This document shows positions 30,521 to 38,111 of a stretch of 64,000 nt of DNA, in pieces. The position numbers were made by a program, and so were the translations under genes. The notes beneath the pieces are model-generated. The model worked only from the letters and a program-made list of their open reading frames with translations, did no database searches and was not told the origin of the DNA. Positions within the stretch are counted from its first letter, which is position 1; every line of letters begins with the position of its first letter. The stretch covers positions 32,001 to 96,000 of the forward strand of contig CAWHDZ010000008.1 of assembly GCA_963828255.1 (NCBI GenBank), read 5' to 3'. The DNA comes from an uncultured delta proteobacterium. GTDB taxonomy: Bacteria > Myxococcota > Myxococcia > Myxococcales > Anaeromyxobacteraceae.

Positions 30521-31285
30521 GTGCCGGGCGCGCCCTCGTCGTTCGAGCTCTCCAAGTGGTACCTGGACGTGGCGACCCCCGACGGGCGCTGCGCCGTCGT
30601 CTACGCGGCGCGCCTGAGGCTCCTGCGGGTCTCCCTCCAGGTGCAGGGGTTGCTCCTGCTCGACGGCGGCCGGGTGCGGGCCCGGTGGAGCGTGCTCCCC
30701 ACCCGCCCCCCGCGGGTCGAGGGAGGCCGCCTCCGGTTCTCCAGCCTTCCACTGGGCGTGAACGTCCGGCTCGACGCCATCGACCCCCCGTTCCGGGCCC
30801 GCCTGCGAGAGGGAGCCCGGGGCGCCGTCGACTGGGACTGCCGCATGCCCCGCGCCGGTGCGGAGATCCGGGTGGGGAAGGAGACCCTCTCCGGCCTGGG
30901 CTACGCCGAGCAGGTCCGGATCACCGTCCCGCCCTCGGAGCTGCCCATCCGCGAGCTGCGCTGGGGCCGGCTCCTGTCGCCCTCGGGGGGATTGGTCTGG
31001 ATCGATTGGCTCGGGGACGCACCGCTGCGCCTCGCGCTGCGCGACGGGCGCCCGGCATCCCTCGACCGGGTGACCGACCGGGAGGTGACGGTGGACGGCG
31101 CCCGGCACCGGCTCGACCCGATCGCGACCCTCCGCGACGCGCCCCTCTCCCGCACCATCCCCGCCACCGTCCGGCGTTTCCTGCCCCGGATCGGCCTCGG
31201 CCTCTCCGAGACCAAATGGCTCGCGCGCGGCGCCGTGGGCGGCGCGCCCGGCCTCTCCATCCACGAGGTGGTCCGGTGGCCGTGA
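30521..31285 (+). CDS. Hypothetical beta-rich protein coupled to the downstream Lgt-like fusion
   Basis: 254 aa; LSKWYLDV...GLGYAEQV...LRWGR...VWIDW; stop overlaps the next start (GTGA). Confidence 0.7.
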   Translation: MPGAPSSFELSKWYLDVATPDGRCAVVYAARLRLLRVSLQVQGLLLLDGGRVRARWSVLPTRPPRVEGGRLRFSSLPLGVNVRLDAIDPPFRARLREGARGAVDWDCRMPRAGAEIRVGKETLSGLGYAEQVRITVPPSELPIRELRWGRLLSPSGGLVWIDWLGDAPLRLALRDGRPASLDRVTDREVTVDGARHRLDPIATLRDAPLSRTIPATVRRFLPRIGLGLSETKWLARGAVGGAPGLSIHEVVRWP

Positions 31286-33177
31286 CACCCGGACCGGTCC
31301 TCTACGGCCTCCTCTTCGCCGTGGCGCTGCCGGCGCTGCTCGTCCTCTGGGCCCGCGGCGCATCGCCCCAGGTCCACCTTCCGGCTGTCCACCTGCCGGC
31401 CGCCGGCTGGATCGCCACCGCCTCCGGGCTCCTGCTCGTGGGCGCGGCCATGCTCGACCTCTGGCGCCGCGGCGGCGGCCTGCCCATGAACGCCTACCCG
31501 CCGCCCCGCCTGGTCACCGGCGGCGCCTACGCGGTGGTGGGACACCCGATCTACGTCGGCTTCACGCTCGCCGTGGCCGGCATCGCCGTGGCCACCGGGT
31601 CGGCGGCCGGGCTCTGGCTCGTCGCGCCCGGCGTCGCGCTCGGTTCCGCGGCGCTGGTCCTCGGCCACGAGCGGCCCGACCTGCTTCGCCGCTTCGGCCG
31701 CCTCTCCCGCCCCTGGATCTCGGCCCCCCCGGCGGGCATTGCATCGCCGACCTGGCCGCAGCGCACCGGCGCGCTGCTCCTCGCCATGGGGCCGTGGCTG
31801 CTCCTCTACGAGGCCTGCGCCGCCATCGGCCCGGCGCCGGACGCGGTGTCGTCGCTCCTCCCGTTCGAGCGGGGATGGCCGGTCTTCCCCTGGGCCGAGC
31901 CCGTCTACGCGAGCACCTACCCGGTGGTGGTCGCCGCGTTCCTGTGGGCGCCCTCGCGCGACGCGCTCCGCACCCTCACGCTGCGCGTCCTCGTCTCGAT
32001 GGCGGTGGTCTTCCCGCTCTTCCTGCTCGTGCCGCTGGTCGCGCCGCCGCGCCCCTTCGAGCCGGCCGATCTCCTGGGGCGGCTCGTCGCCCTGGAGCGG
32101 GAGTGGGACACCCCGGCCTGCGCCTTTCCCTCCTTCCACGCCGTGCTGGCCTTCCTGGCGGCCGACGCGCTCTCGGCGCGCTCCCGCCTCTTTCGCCCCT
32201 GGGCCTGGGCGGTGGCCCTGTCGTGCCTGCTCGTCGGGGCCCATTCCCTCCTCGACGTCGCGGCGGGGCTCCTCGTCGTGGCCGCGATCCGGAACGGCCG
32301 GGCCATCTGGGAGGTGCTCCGTCGTGGCGCGGAGCGCGTGGCCAACTCCTGGCGCGCCTGGCGCGTCGGCCCGGTGCGCCTCATCAACCACGGGCTCTGG
32401 GTCGGGCTCGGCGCGGGCCTCGGGGTCGTCGTCCTCGGCGCGGTGCTCGGCCCGGGCAGCGCCACGCTCGCCGCCACCACCTGGTTCCTCGGGGTGGTCG
32501 GCGCGGGGGCCTGGGCCCAGGCGGTCGAGGGGCGGGGGCTGTCGCGCCCCTTCGGATTCTACGGGGGGCTCCTCGGCGTGGTGGCGGGCGTGCTCCTCGC
32601 CCCGGCCTTCGGCTTCGACCGCTGGACGGCCCTGGCCGCGGGGGCGATGGCCGCACCGGTGGTCCAGGGGCTCGGCCGGATGCGCTGCCTGGTGCAGGGC
32701 TGCTGCCACGGCGCCCCGGCGCCGGAGGGGGTGGGCATCCGCCACCGGACGCCCCTGTCACGGGTGGTGAAAGCCGGCCTGGGGGGCGTGCCGGTGCACC
32801 CGACCGCGCTCTACTCGATCCTCTGGAACTGCCTCACCGGGGCGATCCTGCTCCGGCTCGCGCTGCTCGGGGCGCCCGCCAACCTGGTCGCCGGCCTCTA
32901 CCTCTTCCTCGGGGGCGCCGGGCGCTTCGTCGAGGAGTCGTTCCGGGGCGAGCCTCAGACCCCGGTCGTCCTCGGCCTGCGGCTCTACCAGTGGATGGCG
33001 GTCGGGTCGGCCGTGGCCGGCGCGGCGCTGACGGCGCTGGGCCCCGCGCCCGGAGTCGCCCTCCACCCGCCGGAGCCGGGGGGCCTCCTCGCGGCGGTCG
33101 TGGCCCTGGTCCTCACCGCCGTGGCCATGGGCGTGGACCTGCCGGGCTCGTCGCGGCGGCTGTCGCGGCTCGCGTAG
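31282..33177 (+). CDS. Membrane fusion protein: PEMT/ICMT-like methyltransferase + PAP2-like + Lgt-like domains
   Basis: GGGLPMNAYPPPRLVTGGAYAVVGHPIYVG; AFPSFH...HSLLDV; FYGG, GRMRCLVQGCCHG, HPTALYS, GRFVEESFRGEP. Confidence 0.8.
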   Translation: MTPGPVLYGLLFAVALPALLVLWARGASPQVHLPAVHLPAAGWIATASGLLLVGAAMLDLWRRGGGLPMNAYPPPRLVTGGAYAVVGHPIYVGFTLAVAGIAVATGSAAGLWLVAPGVALGSAALVLGHERPDLLRRFGRLSRPWISAPPAGIASPTWPQRTGALLLAMGPWLLLYEACAAIGPAPDAVSSLLPFERGWPVFPWAEPVYASTYPVVVAAFLWAPSRDALRTLTLRVLVSMAVVFPLFLLVPLVAPPRPFEPADLLGRLVALEREWDTPACAFPSFHAVLAFLAADALSARSRLFRPWAWAVALSCLLVGAHSLLDVAAGLLVVAAIRNGRAIWEVLRRGAERVANSWRAWRVGPVRLINHGLWVGLGAGLGVVVLGAVLGPGSATLAATTWFLGVVGAGAWAQAVEGRGLSRPFGFYGGLLGVVAGVLLAPAFGFDRWTALAAGAMAAPVVQGLGRMRCLVQGCCHGAPAPEGVGIRHRTPLSRVVKAGLGGVPVHPTALYSILWNCLTGAILLRLALLGAPANLVAGLYLFLGGAGRFVEESFRGEPQTPVVLGLRLYQWMAVGSAVAGAALTALGPAPGVALHPPEPGGLLAAVVALVLTAVAMGVDLPGSSRRLSRLA

Positions 33178-33195
33178 CCGGACCGCCGCGGGGGC

Positions 33196-33606
33196 CTACC
33201 CTTCCGCCGCCTTCCGGGCCCGCTGGAGCAGGTCCGAGACCTCGACGCGAAGGCGTCTCGCGAACTCGCTCCGGTCGAAGGGGGAGTCGCGGAGCACGAA
33301 GAGATCGATCTTGGTCGCGGTGGGCCGGTAGATGACGTTCCAGGAACTCTTCTCGGCGGCCGCCCGCCGGGGCGCCACCTCGTCCACGTCGAAGTCCGCT
33401 CCCAGCCCCGCCGCGAGCGCCCCGACCTGACCCTCCTCGAGGTCCACCACCAGGTCGATGTCGTTCGTGGCGCGCGGCTCACCCTGGAACGAGCTGGCCA
33501 GCGAGCCCCCCAGGAAATGGCCGATCCCATGACGTTCCAGCACGCCTGTCACTCCCAGGCGTTCCCTGTACCGTGCCTGGACCTCGGGGGCGGTGTCGCG
33601 GAGCAT
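33196..33606 (-). pseudogene. Degraded or fused nucleotidyltransferase-like gene
   Basis: GGSLASSFQGEPRATNDIDL (G-S...DxD) and KIDLF motifs in only 136 aa. Confidence 0.55.
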
Positions 33607-33658
33607 CACCCGAGCATGGGCCGCGCCTGCGCGGGCGTCAGCCGGGCGGGTGCCCGCC

Positions 33659-34069
33659 TCACTTCCCCGCGGCGCGGGCGGCCCGGAACTCGAGCGTCGT
33701 CCCGGCGGGGAGCCGCTCGATGCGCTCCACCCGGAGCCTGGGCTCCTTCCAGTCCATGGAGAACCGGACCTCGACCTTGTCCCCCGCTGCCAGCTCCTTC
33801 GGCGCGCGTTCGGCCTGCACCTCGAAGGGCATGACCATCGCATCCATGCCCACGACCTTGCCGGTGGCGTCGACGAAGTCGTCGATGGCCTCGTGGCGGA
33901 CGAGCACCTGGATGCCGGAGGTGACGGGGGCGGGGGCCTGCACCACCTCCCCGCGCACGACGTAGACGCGCGCTCCGGCCGGCGCCGGGGGAGGCGGGGC
34001 GCTGCAGGCGGCGAGCAGGACGAGAAGGGTCGCGGGCCGGAGGGTGCGATGGACCGGCCGACCCTTCAC
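33659..34069 (-). CDS. CusF-like periplasmic Cu/Ag-binding lipoprotein
   Basis: LAAC lipobox; VRHEAI...GMDAMVMPF; LAAGDKVEVRF. Confidence 0.75.
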   Translation of the reverse strand: MKGRPVHRTLRPATLLVLLAACSAPPPPAPAGARVYVVRGEVVQAPAPVTSGIQVLVRHEAIDDFVDATGKVVGMDAMVMPFEVQAERAPKELAAGDKVEVRFSMDWKEPRLRVERIERLPAGTTLEFRAARAAGK

Positions 34070-34422
34070 TTGCCGTCCTCCCCGTCGTGCTCGGCATGGA
34101 AGGCGTGGAGGACGTGGGTCATGAAGGGTGCGAGGAGGACCGCCGTGCTCGCGATGAGGACCAGTCCGGAGTAGAGCGCGTACACGCCGGCGAAGATCTT
34201 GGCCGGGTGCGAGGGCAGTTGCTCGGTCGGCCCCATCCCGCCCAGGATCATCGAGGCGCCGTAGAAGGAGTCGACCCAGCCGAACCCGGCGAATTGGTGG
34301 TAGCCGAGGATCCCGACGACCAGCGAGATCCCGACCAGCGCCCCGGCGATGAGCCCGGCGCGCAGCAGGCCGTGCCGGAAGACCTGCCGGCGGTGGACCG
34401 GCCCGTGCTTCTTGCTCGCCAT
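34066..34422 (-). CDS. Small 2-TM channel-like membrane protein
   Basis: TM-GYHQFAGFGWVDSFYGASMILGGMGP-TM (KIFAGVYALYSG). Confidence 0.7.
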   Translation of the reverse strand: MASKKHGPVHRRQVFRHGLLRAGLIAGALVGISLVVGILGYHQFAGFGWVDSFYGASMILGGMGPTEQLPSHPAKIFAGVYALYSGLVLIASTAVLLAPFMTHVLHAFHAEHDGEDGK

Positions 34423-34444
34423 GGCGCCCCGGCTCCCCTCCCGA

Positions 34445-35239
34445 TCAGATGTCGAACTCGAGCTGCTTCTTCACGGTCTGCCGGGCCTGATCGTCGTGCT
34501 CGTACCTGTGGTGCAGGTGCACCGGCTTCTCCGCCTTGCGGCGCAGCCGGAGGTTCAGCATCTCCACCGCCAGCGAGAAGGCCATGGCGAAGTAGACGTA
34601 ACCGCGCGGGATGTGCTGGTCGAGCGACTCGGCCACCAGCATGACCCCGATGAGAATGAGGAAGGAGAGGGCCAGCATCTTCACGGTGGGGTGGCCCTCG
34701 ACGAACCTCCCGATGGGGCCGGCGAAGACCAGCATCACGCCCACGGCGAGCACCATGGCCAACACCATCACCTGGATGTGCTTGGCCATGCCCACCGCGG
34801 TGATCACCGAATCGAGCGAGAAGACGATGTCGAGGAGGGCGATCTGCAGGATGGTCCAGCCGAAGGAGGCCTTGCCGCCCTTCCCCGCCTGCACCTCGTG
34901 GCCGGCCTCGAGCTTGTCGTGGATCTCGAAGGTGGCCTTGCCGATGAGGAAGAGGCCGCCGATCCCCAGGATGAGGTCGCGGCCGGAGAACCCCTGCCCG
35001 AGCAGCTTGAAGAGGTCGGCGGTGAGCCCCATGAGCCAGGTGATGGCCAAGAGCAGGGCGAGCCGGGTGCCGAGCGCCGCCCCCAGGCCGATGCGGCGTG
35101 CCAGCGGCTGCTGCGCCGCGGGCAGCTTCCCGGCCAGGATGGTCAGGAAGACGATGTTGTCCACGCCGAGGACGATCTCCATCGCCGCCAGGGTGGCGAG
35201 CGAGATCCAGGTCTCCGGATGGGTCCAGATGGCGAACAT
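34445..35239 (-). CDS. TerC family membrane protein
   Basis: EIVLGVDN, QIALLDIVFSLDSVITAVGM, HPTVKMLALSFL, AMAFS. Confidence 0.93.
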   Translation of the reverse strand: MFAIWTHPETWISLATLAAMEIVLGVDNIVFLTILAGKLPAAQQPLARRIGLGAALGTRLALLLAITWLMGLTADLFKLLGQGFSGRDLILGIGGLFLIGKATFEIHDKLEAGHEVQAGKGGKASFGWTILQIALLDIVFSLDSVITAVGMAKHIQVMVLAMVLAVGVMLVFAGPIGRFVEGHPTVKMLALSFLILIGVMLVAESLDQHIPRGYVYFAMAFSLAVEMLNLRLRRKAEKPVHLHHRYEHDDQARQTVKKQLEFDI

Positions 35240-35248
35240 CCGGAGTTC

Positions 35249-36250
35249 TTACCCCAGATGGAACCGCAGGACATCCCCGTCGTCCGCGCGCACCACCTCG
35301 CCGCTCGCCTCCAGGACCTCGATGTTCGCGAGCGTCTCCGAGACGGTGAGGAACATGGCCGCGGCCGGCGCCCGGGGGAAGAGGCGCCCGGTCACCTCCC
35401 AGCCGGTGAGCGGTCCCTCCCGCAGCTCGTCGCGGATCTTCTGCTGCCGCTTGCCGTAGAAGGCCAGCAGCCGGTCGATCACCGCGCGGTGGTCGCCGAA
35501 CGGCGTGGCGTGGCCGGGCAGGACGGTGTCCACGTCGAGCGCGTGCAGCCGCCCCACGGACTCGAGGTAGGCGACCAGCGGCCGCCAGTCCTCCTGCCCG
35601 TCGGGCCCGAGCTCGATGAGCGGGTTCGGTGAGACGTGCTCGAGGAGGTGGTCGTCGGAGAGGAAGAGCCGGTGCTCCCGCTCGTACAGGCAGAGGAGCC
35701 CGGGGGTGTGCCCGGGCATGTGCATCGGCTCGAAGGTGACGTGCTTCATCCGCAGCGGCTCGGCGAGGTCGAGCGGCTCGACACGGGGGACGCGGCGGGC
35801 CCTGGTGAATCCGTCCCTCACCTGGCGCCAGGCGTCCTCCATCACCTCGAGTGGAACCCCCAGCCGCACGAAGAAGGCCCCGTAGAGGCCGACCTGGTCC
35901 AACCAGCGCGGGAACCCCTCGGCCATCTTGGGGATGTCGCGCGGGTGGGCGTGCACCGGGACGGGATGGCCGGCCTGCTCGAGCAGGGCAGCCGCGCCGC
36001 CGTAGTGGTCGATGTGGCCGTGGGAGACGATGATGCGCGTGACGTCGCGGGGAGACCGGCCGATGCGCGCCAGCCCCTCCATCATGGCGGCGGAGGCCTG
36101 CGGCGAGCCCAGCCCGGAGTCGAAGAGCAGGAGCCCGCCGTCCCGGTCCTCGATGGCGTAGCCGTTCACCGGCCCACCCGCCTCCAGGAAAGGGATGGGC
36201 ATGGAGATCCGGTGGATCCCCAGCGCGGCGAGGTCCGCCTCCGCGATCAC
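35249..36250 (-). CDS. MBL-fold metallo-hydrolase
   Basis: SHGHIDHYGG, PGHTPG, SDDH, LPGH; GTG start overlaps the etfA stop. Confidence 0.88.
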   Translation of the reverse strand: MIAEADLAALGIHRISMPIPFLEAGGPVNGYAIEDRDGGLLLFDSGLGSPQASAAMMEGLARIGRSPRDVTRIIVSHGHIDHYGGAAALLEQAGHPVPVHAHPRDIPKMAEGFPRWLDQVGLYGAFFVRLGVPLEVMEDAWRQVRDGFTRARRVPRVEPLDLAEPLRMKHVTFEPMHMPGHTPGLLCLYEREHRLFLSDDHLLEHVSPNPLIELGPDGQEDWRPLVAYLESVGRLHALDVDTVLPGHATPFGDHRAVIDRLLAFYGKRQQKIRDELREGPLTGWEVTGRLFPRAPAAAMFLTVSETLANIEVLEASGEVVRADDGDVLRFHLG

Positions 36251-37212
36251 GATCCCTTGCCGGCCTTGATCTTCTCGCGCAACTCGGGAACGGCCTTGAA
36301 GAGGTCGGCGACGAGCCCGTAGTCGGCCAGCTGGAAGATGGGGGCCTCGGGGTCCTTGTTGATGGCCACGATGACCTTGGAGCCCTTCATGCCGGCCAGG
36401 TGCTGGATGGCGCCGGAGATGCCGGCGGCGATGTAGAGCTCGGGCGCGACCACCTTGCCGGTCTGCCCGACCTGCAGGTCGTTGGCGACCCAGCCGGCGT
36501 CCACCGCGGCGCGGGTGGCGCCCACCGCGGCGCCCAGGTCGTCGGCCAGCGCCTCCAGCTCCTTGAAGTCGCCCTTGGTGCCGCGGCCGCCGGAGACGAC
36601 GGCGCGGGCCTCGGTGAGCTCGGGGCGCGCGCTCTTCACCTCCTTGAACTCGACGAAGCGGACGGGCAGCCCGGCCAGGTCCACCGCCGCGGCGACAGCC
36701 TTCACCTCGCCCCCGGCGGCCTTCGCGGCGGCCGGGAACTCGGTGGGACGGATGGTGAACGCCTTGACCGGCGTGGCCAGGTCCACCTCGGCGAGCACGT
36801 TGCCGGCCCACATGGGCCGGTGGAAGGTGACGGCCGGCCCGGCCCCGCCGAAGCCCAGGACCTCGGTGGCGGTGGCGGCGCCCATGCGGGCGGCCACGCG
36901 GGGAACCAGGTCCTTGCCGAAGGCGGTGGCGGCCGCGCCCACGAAGGTGGCGCCCACCCCCTTGGCGATCTCGGCGACCACCGGCGCGAAGGCCTCGGCC
37001 AGGTAGTGCTCGAGGCCGTCCGCGTCGGCGGCGTGCACGGTGACGCCGTGGGCGGCGATCTCGGCGGCGACGGCGCCCACGCCCTTGCCGAGCAGGGCGA
37101 CGTGGACCTTGCCGCCGGTGCGGCCGGCGATGGCCTGGCCGGCGGCGACGGCGTGGAGGGTGGCCTTCCTGAGGTGACCGCCCGACTGCTCCGCGACGAT
37201 GAGGACGTTCAT
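36247..37212 (-). CDS. etfA: Electron transfer flavoprotein alpha subunit
   Basis: [39 protein letters not shown]. Confidence 0.96.
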   Translation of the reverse strand: MNVLIVAEQSGGHLRKATLHAVAAGQAIAGRTGGKVHVALLGKGVGAVAAEIAAHGVTVHAADADGLEHYLAEAFAPVVAEIAKGVGATFVGAAATAFGKDLVPRVAARMGAATATEVLGFGGAGPAVTFHRPMWAGNVLAEVDLATPVKAFTIRPTEFPAAAKAAGGEVKAVAAAVDLAGLPVRFVEFKEVKSARPELTEARAVVSGGRGTKGDFKELEALADDLGAAVGATRAAVDAGWVANDLQVGQTGKVVAPELYIAAGISGAIQHLAGMKGSKVIVAINKDPEAPIFQLADYGLVADLFKAVPELREKIKAGKGS

Positions 37213-37221
37213 GGCGTTCTC

Positions 37222-38025
37222 CTAGAGGACCTTGGCCTCGCCCTTCAGCTTGGCGTAGAGCTCGGGGACGTCGGCGACCTTGAAACCGCCCTGCCGCTTG
37301 GGGGGCTCGGAGAGCTTCTTCACGACCACCTTCGGCGCGAGGTCGATTCCCAGCGAGGCGCCGGCGATCTCCTCCACCGGCTTCTTCTTCGCCTTCATGA
37401 TCCCGGGGAGCGAGGCGAAGCGGGGCTTGTTGAGGCGCAGGTCGCAGGTGACGACGGCCGGCAGGTTCACGTCGAGCAGGATCAGGCCGCCGTCCACCTC
37501 GCGCACCACGCGCACCGACTTGCCGTCGGCGGCGAGCACGATGCCCGGCAGCTTCTTCTGCTCGGCCTCGCTCTCCAGGCTCTCGACCTTGGAGGCGAAG
37601 GTGCCCTGCCCGAGACCGCGCCGCTCGGCCAGGTACTGGCCGACCTGGTTCTGGTCGTCATCGATCGACTGCTTGCCGAGGAGGACGACGTCCGGCTTCT
37701 CCTTCTCGAGCACCTTGTCGAGGATGGCCGAGACCACCACCGGGTCGAGCGGCCCCTCGTGCTTCACGAGGATGCCGCGGTCGGCGCCCATGGCCAGCGC
37801 GGCGCGGATCTCGGTCATCGACCTGTCGCCGCCGATGCTCGCGACGATCACCTCGCCGCCGTGCTTCTCCTTGAGCCGGAGCCCCTCCTCGACCGCGATC
37901 TCGTCGAAGGGGTTCATCTTGTAGTTCACGCCTTCGGTGACGATGCCCGTTCCGTCGGGCTTCACCTTGATCTTCGACTCGGGGTCCTCGACGCGCTTCG
38001 CCGTGACCAGGATCTTGAGGGGCAT
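37222..38025 (-). CDS. etfB: Electron transfer flavoprotein beta subunit
   Basis: NPFDEIAVEE, ALAMGAD, GKQSIDDD, PRFASLPGIMKAKKK; AAGGAGG SD. Confidence 0.96.
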   Translation of the reverse strand: MPLKILVTAKRVEDPESKIKVKPDGTGIVTEGVNYKMNPFDEIAVEEGLRLKEKHGGEVIVASIGGDRSMTEIRAALAMGADRGILVKHEGPLDPVVVSAILDKVLEKEKPDVVLLGKQSIDDDQNQVGQYLAERRGLGQGTFASKVESLESEAEQKKLPGIVLAADGKSVRVVREVDGGLILLDVNLPAVVTCDLRLNKPRFASLPGIMKAKKKPVEEIAGASLGIDLAPKVVVKKLSEPPKRQGGFKVADVPELYAKLKGEAKVL

Positions 38026-38034
38026 GGGGCCTCC

Positions 38035-38094
38035 TTGACTCTAGAATCAACCAGGTACGCCCGATCTAGCCCGGTCCGCTCGAATGTTGCAACA
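38035..38094. promoter_or_regulatory. Two palindromic operator candidates upstream of etfB
   Basis: TTGACTCTAGAATCAA (38035-38050, one mismatched pair) and TGTTGCAACA (38085-38094, perfect). Confidence 0.5.
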
Positions 38095-38111
38095 ACCTTC
38101 GACACGGAGCG

